Virus record (IMG/VR): IMGVR_UViG_3300036651_001908
Coordinates: 1 to 64,000 of that record
From: a virus
Direction: 5' to 3' (one strand)
Length of the DNA: 64,000 bases
Part shown: positions 8,634 through 15,755 of the stretch, one piece after another
Layout: every line of letters starts with the position of its first letter
Position numbering within the stretch: position 1 is the first letter of the stretch
Notes under the pieces: generated by a model
Database searches by the model: none
Seen by the model: only the letters and a program-made list of their open reading frames with translations
Told to the model about the DNA's origin: nothing
Program-made: the position numbers and the translations under genes

Positions 8634-8837
8634 TTAGTTCCGGGTGATCCGGCAGGCGATGGGTTCGGCGTACCATCCGTGCCCGTCGGGCCATTCCGCC
8701 CACGCCTCCATGCGGGCCCCGTATCCAAGTGAGCCTTGCACGAGCGGCGGGACGTTAGCGGCGTCCATGTCCGCGATGGTTCCGCCGATGATGGTGGTGG
8801 TGGTGCCGCGGGTGAGAGTGTAGGTGCGTGCGTTCAT
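8634..8837 (-). CDS. Hypothetical protein, leaderless (MNART variant)
   Basis: Module start; the ORF ends just before the next hairpin. Confidence 0.7.
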   Translation of the reverse strand: MNARTYTLTRGTTTTIIGGTIADMDAANVPPLVQGSLGYGARMEAWAEWPDGHGWYAEPIACRITRN

Positions 8838-8950
8838 ACTGCGATGGTAGCACCGATCCGCTCGCTTGCACCCGCGGGTTTCGAGAAACTTCCGCGCGCA
8901 TGGGAAGGGCCCGGCATCACTGCCGGGCCCGGATGGTCGGTGGGTGGTGG

Positions 8951-9127
8951 TCAGGCCTGCCAGCATCCCATGGTGTCGCAGAGGGGGCACGTACCGGGGT
9001 GGCAGTGATGCGTGGCCACCCCCGCTCGGTGGTCTGCCCGCGCCCAGGTGACCAGCACGGCGAGGAAGAGACAGGACAGGCTGACGATGTACAGGACCAT
9101 GGCTAGGTCGGTGGTGTGTGCGTTCAT
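8951..9127 (-). CDS. Small membrane protein with Cys cluster, leaderless (MNAHT group)
   Basis: LAMVLYIVSLSCLFLAVLVTWA; C-terminal HCHPGTCPLC. Confidence 0.7.
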   Translation of the reverse strand: MNAHTTDLAMVLYIVSLSCLFLAVLVTWARADHRAGVATHHCHPGTCPLCDTMGCWQA

Positions 9128-9200
9128 ACTGCGATGGTACGCCTGGCAGCGCTCCCTGTCTACGTGCACGCGCCCACGCGCCCACGCGCGCGCGTGAAGC

Positions 9201-9256
9201 CTGGCGCTGCTGCTGGCGCTGCTGCTGGCGCTGCTGCTGGCGCTGCTGCTGGCGCT
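9201..9256. repeat. Tandem 12-bp repeat (CTGGCGCTGCTG) x4.7
   Basis: Directly visible; preceded by the palindrome CACGCGCGCGCGTG at 9183-9196. Confidence 0.95.
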
Positions 9257-9492
9257 CGCCGCTAGGTTTATTCCGGCTGGCGCGGGGTGGTCGCGCGGGT
9301 GGGCGTGGTCGGTCGTGCGCGCCGCGGGACCAGTGACCAACTGAAATGTGTCATATAGTGGCCCACTGGAAAAATTCTCCAGCCGCTGCCAGCCTCAAAT
9401 GTGCTATATGCGGTCGGTGACGATCAGCCAGGTGGCGAACGCCATCAACCCGAGGATGAACAGCACCCAGACGACCGAGAAGACCGTGTCCA

Positions 9493-9723
9493 TCACTCAC
9501 TGTCCGGATACTGCCAGCGCTTCCACGCCTCGGTGGGCACGTCGGGATGCGTCTGGTCGTACTGCCGGTCGGCTTCCTCTGCCATCTCCTCGTACTTGGC
9601 GCGCAGGCCCTCTTCCCAGGCCGCCAGTTCGCGTCGCTCCAGTAGAGCCCGACGGCGTACGTCCTCCTCCTTGGCCCAGAGCAGATCGCTGATGATGCCC
9701 CACTGACGCTTCGTGAATGCCAT
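9493..9723 (-). CDS. Hypothetical protein
   Basis: RBS GGGAGG; followed by a 29-aa hydrophobic ORF at 9404..9493. Confidence 0.7.
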   Translation of the reverse strand: MAFTKRQWGIISDLLWAKEEDVRRRALLERRELAAWEEGLRAKYEEMAEEADRQYDQTHPDVPTEAWKRWQYPDSE

Positions 9724-9762
9724 GGCTTGTCCTCCCGTTGATTTGGAGTTATACTACACGCC

Positions 9763-10074
9763 ATGACGGATATAGCAACCAAGATCGGCCGCCCGAACCT
9801 CAGTGGTGGCTTCGAGACCCAGTCCCCGTCCATGACCTTCCGGATGCCCCAGGTGATGTGGGACGAGATGGAGGAGATGGCCCGGCAGGAGGGCGTGCAC
9901 CGCAATCAGATCGTGCGTGCCGCGCTGGACGCGTACCTGCATGGCCGGACGGTGGCTCCGCAGCCGCTGTCCGAGTATGCGATCGTCGCGAAGGCGAAGG
10001 CGCGGAGGAAGGCGGTCGTGGAGGCCGCGCAGGCGGAAAAGGGCGGGACTCCGTCGGGGGAAGAGGCCTCGTGA
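9763..10074 (+). CDS. Ribbon-helix-helix (CopG/Arc-like) DNA-binding protein
   Basis: GRP...SMTFRMPQVMWDEMEEMARQEGVHRNQIVRAALDAYL; promoter TTGTCC-N17-TATACT-N7-ATG. Confidence 0.8.
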   Translation: MTDIATKIGRPNLSGGFETQSPSMTFRMPQVMWDEMEEMARQEGVHRNQIVRAALDAYLHGRTVAPQPLSEYAIVAKAKARRKAVVEAAQAEKGGTPSGEEAS

Positions 10075-10186
10075 TCCACCTGAGAGGGATCTGGGGCTGG
10101 GACGGCTACCTGCACTGGTACGCGTGCCTGTGCTCGTTCGGGGCCAACCACACGGAGAAGGAACTCAACACCTTTCAGGAGGCGCG

Positions 10187-10420
10187 ATGAACGTCGGGAA
10201 GTTCCTGCTGTTCTGGCTGGTCGCGGTTGTGACCGCGGTGGGGCTGACGGCGCTCTGGTACCTGCTGATGGTGGCCTGCGTGATCTGGTGCCATGACCCG
10301 GCCGGGAAGGCGCTGTCCATCGGGATGAGCCTCGGTCTACTCGTGCCGTTCGGGGCCACCGCGGCGATCCTGGCGACGGCCGACGACTTCGCGAGCGAGC
10401 CGAAGGAAACGAAGAAATGA
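10187..10420 (+). CDS. Membrane protein
   Basis: Two hydrophobic helices; RBS GGAGG. Confidence 0.7.
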   Translation: MNVGKFLLFWLVAVVTAVGLTALWYLLMVACVIWCHDPAGKALSIGMSLGLLVPFGATAAILATADDFASEPKETKK

Positions 10421-10749
10421 GAGTGCTCTTCCTGGTCCGGGGCTGGGGCATCTTCTTCGTGGGGATGCTGCTCTTCGGGGCGTTCTGCATGGTCTACCTG
10501 GTAGCGGTCGCGGCTGTCATCGTGGCGCTGTGTATAGCGGTTGTCATGGCGGTGGTGGTCGGCATCCAGGCGGCGCGGACGCAGCGCCGCATTTCCCGTA
10601 TTAGGCGGGACCGGATCCTTCGGGAGTTCGCTGCGTTTCACCTGGAAAAGTCGATGGTAGAAGATGAGCCGACGCAGGGGCTGGACCCGGAAACGTATGA
10701 GCCCGGGGTCTCTTCTGCATATGTGCAGAATCGAGGTGTTGCCCTGTGA
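10417..10749 (+). CDS. Membrane protein
   Basis: Hydrophobic N-terminal half; ATGA coupling. Confidence 0.7.
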   Translation: MRVLFLVRGWGIFFVGMLLFGAFCMVYLVAVAAVIVALCIAVVMAVVVGIQAARTQRRISRIRRDRILREFAAFHLEKSMVEDEPTQGLDPETYEPGVSSAYVQNRGVAL

Positions 10750-10967
10750 TCGACCGTGATGAACTCTGCCAGGTGCTGCGCGGCTGGCTGCATGGCGGCA
10801 TGCACATGTGGACCGGTGCTGCGGCTGACGCCATCCTCGCGCTGGACAAGCGTGACGAGCGCGACATCCCGAAGCAGTGCCCGAAGTGCAAGCAGTGGTG
10901 CGTCTACGACGGCTGGGACTGGTCCCACGCGTACGGCGACGTAGGGATTGGATCCTGCAATGGATGA
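10746..10967 (+). CDS. Small Cys-containing hypothetical protein
   Basis: GTGA coupling; CPKC motif. Confidence 0.6.
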   Translation: MIDRDELCQVLRGWLHGGMHMWTGAAADAILALDKRDERDIPKQCPKCKQWCVYDGWDWSHAYGDVGIGSCNG

Positions 10968-11298
10968 CACCGACCCGTTCCGCGACGTTGCCTGGCAGCG
11001 CTTCCGTGGCCGCATCCACCCCGAGAGCAAGTGCGAGGGGCAGGCCTGCTGCATCCACCATCCCTCCGACCATCCGCTGGCGACCGCGCCCCTGAACTGG
11101 CGGGCCGACCGCTGGCTGATGGAGCGGATCTGCAAGCATGGTGTCGGTCACCCCGACCACGACGACCTGGCATTCAAGCAGAGGAGCATGGGCCCTGATG
11201 TCTACGAGCGATACGCCTTCGAGTGGCACGGATGCGACGGTTGCTGCTCTGATTGGCACCTTGAAGGCGTACGGGATTCCGATGGCGCCGGAGGGTGA
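10960..11298 (+). CDS. Cys/His-rich phage protein
   Basis: CCIHHPSDH...MERICKHGVGHPDHD...HGCDGCC pattern, recurrent in actinophages. Confidence 0.75.
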   Translation: MDDTDPFRDVAWQRFRGRIHPESKCEGQACCIHHPSDHPLATAPLNWRADRWLMERICKHGVGHPDHDDLAFKQRSMGPDVYERYAFEWHGCDGCCSDWHLEGVRDSDGAGG

Positions 11299-11433
11299 GT
11301 TCGACCTGGCGACCAACCGGCCGCTCGGTCCTCCGGAGCATGAGCACGACTGGGGCTATGACCGATCGCTCTGTGCCGTGTGCGACGCACAGCACTACTT
11401 CTGCCTGATCTGCGGCGAGACGGAGACCTGCTC

Positions 11434-11733
11434 ATGAGTTACGCGCGTTGGGGCGATGGCTCCTCTGTCTACGTCTTCGCGGACGCCTCCGGTGGGGTGG
11501 CCTGCTGTGGCTGCTCGCTGGATGAGTCCGTCTACGAATCGGACGGCGTCGATTTCCTCGGGATCGAGCACAAGAAGGGTGAGCGGATGGCTTTCGGTGC
11601 CACCGTGCACTTCTTCGACGTGGACTCCCTCATCGAACACTTCCAGAAGCACCGCGACGCCGGTGATTTCGTTCCCAAGTACCTGTTCGACCCCGAGACT
11701 TACGACAAAGAAGATTTCGAGGCCCACCGATGA
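11434..11733 (+). CDS. Hypothetical phage protein
   Basis: MSYARW...SVYVF...CCGC; ATGA coupling. Confidence 0.7.
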   Translation: MSYARWGDGSSVYVFADASGGVACCGCSLDESVYESDGVDFLGIEHKKGERMAFGATVHFFDVDSLIEHFQKHRDAGDFVPKYLFDPETYDKEDFEAHR

Positions 11734-11863
11734 TCGCACTCGCCGCTTGCCTGAACGCTGTGATCATCATGATGATCCTCATAGTGATCTTGGGCACCGC
11801 TCTCGTCCTGGGACTTTGGAGGATGCGGCGCAAGGCCGCCCAGACGGAAGCGAGACAACGAGC

Positions 11864-12076
11864 ATGAGCGAACCGACCAACGCGTTCCCCCACGGGCTCC
11901 CGATGCACAATCAGGACTACGCGGACTGGCTAGAACGTCTAGTGATCGGTTTCCCGAGCCAGGAGACCGCCAACGAACTGACCCGGATGACCGGGCAGGA
12001 CTTCATCCGCATCTTCGGGCTGGCTCTAGGGATCTTGAAGAAGGACTACTACCCACCGATCAAAGGAGTGGACTGA
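11864..12076 (+). CDS. Hypothetical protein
   Basis: Part of a translationally coupled chain that also includes 11282..11437, 11730..11867 and 12076..12231. Confidence 0.6.
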   Translation: MSEPTNAFPHGLPMHNQDYADWLERLVIGFPSQETANELTRMTGQDFIRIFGLALGILKKDYYPPIKGVD

Positions 12077-12287
12077 TGACCATCGGTGACTACATCTACC
12101 CCTGCGACGCCGGAACCGGCAGGCCCATGGGGTACCACAACTTCACTGCCACACCGGGTGGGGTCGTCTGCTCGCTCTGCGGCCAGGTGCCGGGGCAGAT
12201 CAAGACGATCTGGAATTCGTCGCACACCTAGACAGCGGCCTCAAATGTGTGTTATACTGAAGTATCACACGAGAGGAGGTAGCAACC

Positions 12288-12434
12288 ATGACGCTTGAAC
12301 ATCTGCTCTACGCTTCGGCATCCAGCCCGAGCGCACTTCAGAAGGCGGTCGCTGAGGTTCCGGAGACGGAACTCCGCGGGCTGCTCACCGAGGCGGTCAC
12401 CCGGCTCGAAGCGGCCGAACCCGCCTGGCTCTAG
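12288..12434 (+). CDS. Small hypothetical protein (48 aa)
   Basis: Extended -10 TGTTATACT, RBS AGGAGG, and a hairpin at about 12447-12480 after the stop. Confidence 0.6.
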   Translation: MTLEHLLYASASSPSALQKAVAEVPETELRGLLTEAVTRLEAAEPAWL

Positions 12435-12487
12435 CACCACAGCAAGACGCCCCGACCAAACAAGATTTGGCCGGGGCGTTCCTGCGT

Positions 12488-12676
12488 CTAGTCCTCGTCT
12501 TCGACCAGGATCTTCATGGCCGGAGCGAAGGGGTCCAGCCAGCACCGCACGGTGCCGTCCTTGAGACGCCGGATGCGGACGCCGCAGCCGATGTCCCGAG
12601 CCCGAGCACAGGTGGTCTGGATGAGTTCGAGGTTGCGCGAGTGCTGCTCTAGAAGGCCTTGCTCGAAGGGCTGCAT
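12488..12676 (-). CDS. Hypothetical protein
   Basis: MQPFEQGLL...; RBS AGGAGG. Confidence 0.6.
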   Translation of the reverse strand: MQPFEQGLLEQHSRNLELIQTTCARARDIGCGVRIRRLKDGTVRCWLDPFAPAMKILVEDED

Positions 12677-12803
12677 CAGTGACCTCCTGGGTTCACGATG
12701 ATGATGACCTGTTGGCCGATGGGCTTGCCGTTGTCTCCACGACCGACTCCGCACCACGATGGGTCGTACGGGTGCGGTGGTCCGTCGCAGTGGCACATGG
12801 TCA

Positions 12804-13313
12804 TCAGTCCACCTGCTTCGGGTAGTGCCCGTTCTGAATGGCGTGCCAGTGCGCCAGCACGGTCGGGTGGATGCCTTCAGGGATGAAGGTGTCACCCATC
12901 CGCTCAGCGACCTGCTCCTGGAGCCACGTCCTGCTGGACTCCTGGCTCAGCCACTCCTCGACACGCTCCACCGGGTTGCTCTGCGGATACAGGGCGTCCC
13001 GCAACTGGAGCATCATGAACGGCCCGTCGATGTGCATGACCATGCCATAGGCCTGGAGAGCGGCGACGGAGGCCTGGAAGCCGGTGACGCCCAACTCGGA
13101 GGCGACGTAGTCGAACGCCATCACGGCGGCGTCGCGCATCGCTTCGATGCACTTCATGTAGCCGTCACCGAAGAGGTCGGAGTTCTCCAGCGTCATCTCC
13201 TCTTGCGGAGTCGCCTCCGTCACCTGCCGGATGCGTAGATCGATGGCATCCTTCAGTTGCTCCAGTGTCGGCGGGGTAGCGGGGATCTGGTCCACCATGT
13301 GGTCTTTCGCCAT
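12804..13313 (-). CDS. Hypothetical protein
   Basis: MAKDHMVD...GVTGFQAS; TGATG coupling. Confidence 0.75.
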   Translation of the reverse strand: MAKDHMVDQIPATPPTLEQLKDAIDLRIRQVTEATPQEEMTLENSDLFGDGYMKCIEAMRDAAVMAFDYVASELGVTGFQASVAALQAYGMVMHIDGPFMMLQLRDALYPQSNPVERVEEWLSQESSRTWLQEQVAERMGDTFIPEGIHPTVLAHWHAIQNGHYPKQVD

Positions 13314-13675
13314 CAGAGTTCCTTCCAGGTAAGTTCGCCGTCTTCCTGACGACGCCTTTCTTCTTCTAAACGCAGTTGCTCTGCGTAGGCCTCGCGGAGT
13401 TTCTGCGTCTTCTCCTCTGCCTCCGCCACGAACTCGCGGAGTTCGGAGATGGACATCTCGTCCTGCTCCCACTCGGGGATCTGACGGTGCACGAGGACGG
13501 CCTTGACACCATCGAGTCGGAGTTTCAGCACGTCAACGATGGCCTGGTCCATGGGCTCGATGAAGACCCGGTCCATGGGACCGCCCTTGACGGACTGGTG
13601 TAGACAGCCGTACTCCACCTTCCCAGGGAACGACGGGTACTTGGGAGCCACCCGTGACTCACGGAAGTCGGTCAT
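13313..13675 (-). CDS. Hypothetical coiled-coil protein
   Basis: ATGA coupling to the HD gene. Confidence 0.7.
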   Translation of the reverse strand: MTDFRESRVAPKYPSFPGKVEYGCLHQSVKGGPMDRVFIEPMDQAIVDVLKLRLDGVKAVLVHRQIPEWEQDEMSISELREFVAEAEEKTQKLREAYAEQLRLEEERRRQEDGELTWKEL

Positions 13676-14106
13676 GCCAGCACCTCCATTGCTCTTGTGT
13701 ACTTGACGTACAGCCGATCCTGAGTGGCCTGATCCGGTATCTGTGACAACCGGTACAGGTTGTCCTCAACGTCCGCAATCTTCACCTGGTGGGCGATGGG
13801 GTTGGCCTTGGCCCGAGCCCAGTAGTCCGGCAGGTACTCGTTCTTCCGATGGGTGATGGCCTTGACGGCGTCTCCGACCTCCACCCCGAACCGGGAGTAA
13901 ATCTGAGCCTGCACACCCGCGCTGTCCCGAGGAGTGGGGGCGTCCTCAATCACGTCGTGCAGGAGTGCCACGATCTGGAACGTCGGGGTGGTGAACTGCA
14001 AGGAGACGCGGAGCGGGTGCCAGATGTACGGCTGCCCAGCCTTGTCCACCTGGTGCCAGTGCACCTCGTTCGCCATCTCGACGGCGAGGGGGATGAGTTC
14101 GTTCAT
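13672..14106 (-). CDS. HD-domain hydrolase, SpoT/Mesh1-like (small alarmone hydrolase-type)
   Basis: HWHQVDKAGQPYIWHPLRV...ALLHDVIED...VKIADVEDN. Confidence 0.85.
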   Translation of the reverse strand: MNELIPLAVEMANEVHWHQVDKAGQPYIWHPLRVSLQFTTPTFQIVALLHDVIEDAPTPRDSAGVQAQIYSRFGVEVGDAVKAITHRKNEYLPDYWARAKANPIAHQVKIADVEDNLYRLSQIPDQATQDRLYVKYTRAMEVLA

Positions 14107-14127
14107 ACAGGGAGTATACCATACGTC

Positions 14128-14691
14128 TTACGCCGAGGCCAGAGTCTCTTCCTGGCTGAGACCGTTGAGCACCCTGAGGATGGCCTTCGCCATGTCACTC
14201 CGGCCCTCTCGGTAGTCATCGGCCAGGGCCGTTCCGTCCGGCATGACCCACTGCTCGCAGAGGAGCCGGATGGCCTCGTGGCGCTCGGACACGTCCGCCC
14301 ACTCGATGGGGACGACCGGCTTGTCCAGACCGATCAGGACTCGAATCTCGGCGTCATGGATGGGCGATCCGATGCCGGTGGGGTAGCCGACCTCCTTGCA
14401 GCACTTCGCGCAGCGCTGAGCGAGCCTGGCCATCTTCGGACCGGGCAGGTCCATCTCTTCGATGTGCGCCGTACACAGGACTTCGCCACCGAAGTACATC
14501 CCCTGCCGGGAGAGCATGTCGGTCTCGTACTCGTTTAGAGCCGGAGCATGCAACATGCTGTTCGCGCCCGAGGTCGCGGAGTTGGAACCCGAAATCACCC
14601 ACATGAGTTCTGGCTTGCTCAACTCACTGGCTGGTCGGATCACCGGCGCGTGCCGGGCCCGCCGCCGACCGACACTCCGTCGCTCGGTCAT
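14128..14691 (-). CDS. Hypothetical protein with CxxC motif
   Basis: Long ORF with phage-like codon usage. Confidence 0.7.
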   Translation of the reverse strand: MTERRSVGRRRARHAPVIRPASELSKPELMWVISGSNSATSGANSMLHAPALNEYETDMLSRQGMYFGGEVLCTAHIEEMDLPGPKMARLAQRCAKCCKEVGYPTGIGSPIHDAEIRVLIGLDKPVVPIEWADVSERHEAIRLLCEQWVMPDGTALADDYREGRSDMAKAILRVLNGLSQEETLASA

Positions 14692-14920
14692 GCTGTCTCC
14701 CTGTCCGCGGGATGCCTGCCCACCCGCTCCATCGTGATTTCCCGAAGGAACTCGCTCACACTCGCGTTCTGTGAGCCTGCAACTCCTTGCAGGCGCTGGT
14801 AGAGACCTTCCTCACATCGGAACGTCACCATTCGAGTCTTGTTCTCCGTCATTGTTCGACCGCCCATCTGGCAACCCCGTCGGGGCCCACTTTGGTTCTG
14901 CCTCTGCTACAGTATAGGAC

Positions 14921-15343
14921 ATGCACCCTGAACAGCAACCCCGAATCCCAGCCTGGTGCCGGGAGGGGGAGGAAGTGATCCGAACCTGGCAGGGCGTGGA
15001 CGAGCCCATCTGGGTCTTCGACTACGTCGCGAAGGTCTCCCCCACCGGGGTGGTCTTCTGCTCCGGCGTGCGCCTGGGTGCGATGAGTGTAGGGGAGCGC
15101 CTCTACTCCGGCGACAACCTGTGGGCCCGGGCCATGGTCTGGTCGTTCGCGCTGAAGCGTCGTCGGATCGAGATGGAGCGGGTGTCCACGGCTCTAGCCC
15201 ACAGCAAGCGGCCATCGAACACGCTGATCCGGCAGGGCAAGGACGCCGTCGATCTGCTCACGAAGGCCCGCTGGGAGTGGGAGAACGCACTTCTAGATTT
15301 GACCCTTGACAGGTCGAGGCGCACTCTAGTACACTCCCGGTAG
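14921..15343 (+). CDS. Hypothetical protein
   Basis: TACAGT-N7-ATG leaderless start. The 3' end contains the tRNA promoter TTGACA-N18-TACACT (15306-15335). Confidence 0.65.
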   Translation: MHPEQQPRIPAWCREGEEVIRTWQGVDEPIWVFDYVAKVSPTGVVFCSGVRLGAMSVGERLYSGDNLWARAMVWSFALKRRRIEMERVSTALAHSKRPSNTLIRQGKDAVDLLTKARWEWENALLDLTLDRSRRTLVHSR

Positions 15344-15419
15344 GCGGTCTAGCCCAATCGGGAGAGGCGGCGGGATACAAAACCCGCTCTGAGTCCGAGT
15401 TCGAATCTCGGGATCGCCA
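15343..15419 (+). tRNA. Atypical tRNA, Leu-like body with 8-nt anticodon loop ATACAAAA
   Basis: Acceptor GGCGGTC/GATCGCC, anticodon stem GCGGG/CCCGC, T arm CCGAG-TTCGAAT-CTCGG, discriminator A; no encoded CCA. Confidence 0.75.
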
Positions 15420-15420
15420 C

Positions 15421-15500
15421 GGCAGCGATGATCCTGGTGGATCGACCCGGCTGTAAACCGGGCGCCAAGAGCATGAGAGGTTCGATCCCTCTCGCTGCCA
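15421..15500 (+). tRNA. tRNA-Tyr(GTA)
   Basis: Acceptor GGCAGCG/CGCTGCC, CCCGG-CTGTAAA-CCGGG, long variable arm, T loop TTCGATC. Confidence 0.9.
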
Positions 15501-15572
15501 CGGCGGTGCACCCCGTGCTGGCGCTCCTTGGTAGAACCCTTGCAGGAGTCCCAAGAACAGCGAACAGTGCAT

Positions 15573-15655
15573 GCCCCTGTGGTTGGAATCGGTAGACACG
15601 TCGCACTCAAAATGCGATGCCGAAAGGCGTGTGGGTTCGAGTCCCACTGGGGGTA
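15573..15655 (+). tRNA. tRNA-Leu(CAA)
   Basis: TCGCA-CTCAAAA-TGCGA, variable arm GCC-GAAA-GGC, GTGGG-TTCGAGT-CCCAC. Confidence 0.92.
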
Positions 15656-15755
15656 CAGAGGGAGTTGCCGGTCCTCTCTCAAAGTGGCGGATACCGCAGA
15701 AGCCCAAGAGAACCCGTGCACGGGACCTCGGGCACCGGCACCGATAGTCTTGGGT

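Larger units (their letters stand above)
923..9260 (-). repeat. Dispersed repeat array: hairpin + promoter + start modules separating small genes
   Basis: The core ATACTGC(A/G)ATGGTA (+ strand) or close variants recur. Their -10 hexamers start at 1755, 2189, 2585, 3164, 4084, 4614, 5538, 5901, 6577, 7076, 7412, 7851, 8138, 8535, 8844 and 9134, with an inverted copy at 4711. Most have a TTGnnn -35 exactly 17 bp away and a GGGCC...GGCCC hairpin. Confidence 0.95.

Noticed and set aside
923-9260. CRISPR array or classical integron interpretation of the repeats
   Set aside because: Spacing is 290-700 bp and variable, the spacers are ORFs, and the repeats are promoter-shaped. There is no cas operon, no integron integrase and no attC GTTRRRY cores.
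9140-9340. Poly-(ASSS) N-terminal extension of ORF 8951..9340
   Set aside because: The module promoter places the start at 9127, so the tandem repeat is more likely non-coding.
15343-15419. 8-nt-loop tRNA as suppressor of the 61.4-kb frameshift
   Set aside because: That break needs -1 (or +2), not +1, and there is no TTGT at the junction.
15501-15572. Possible fourth tRNA between Tyr and Leu
   Set aside because: No T-loop (TTCRA) or acceptor stem could be folded.
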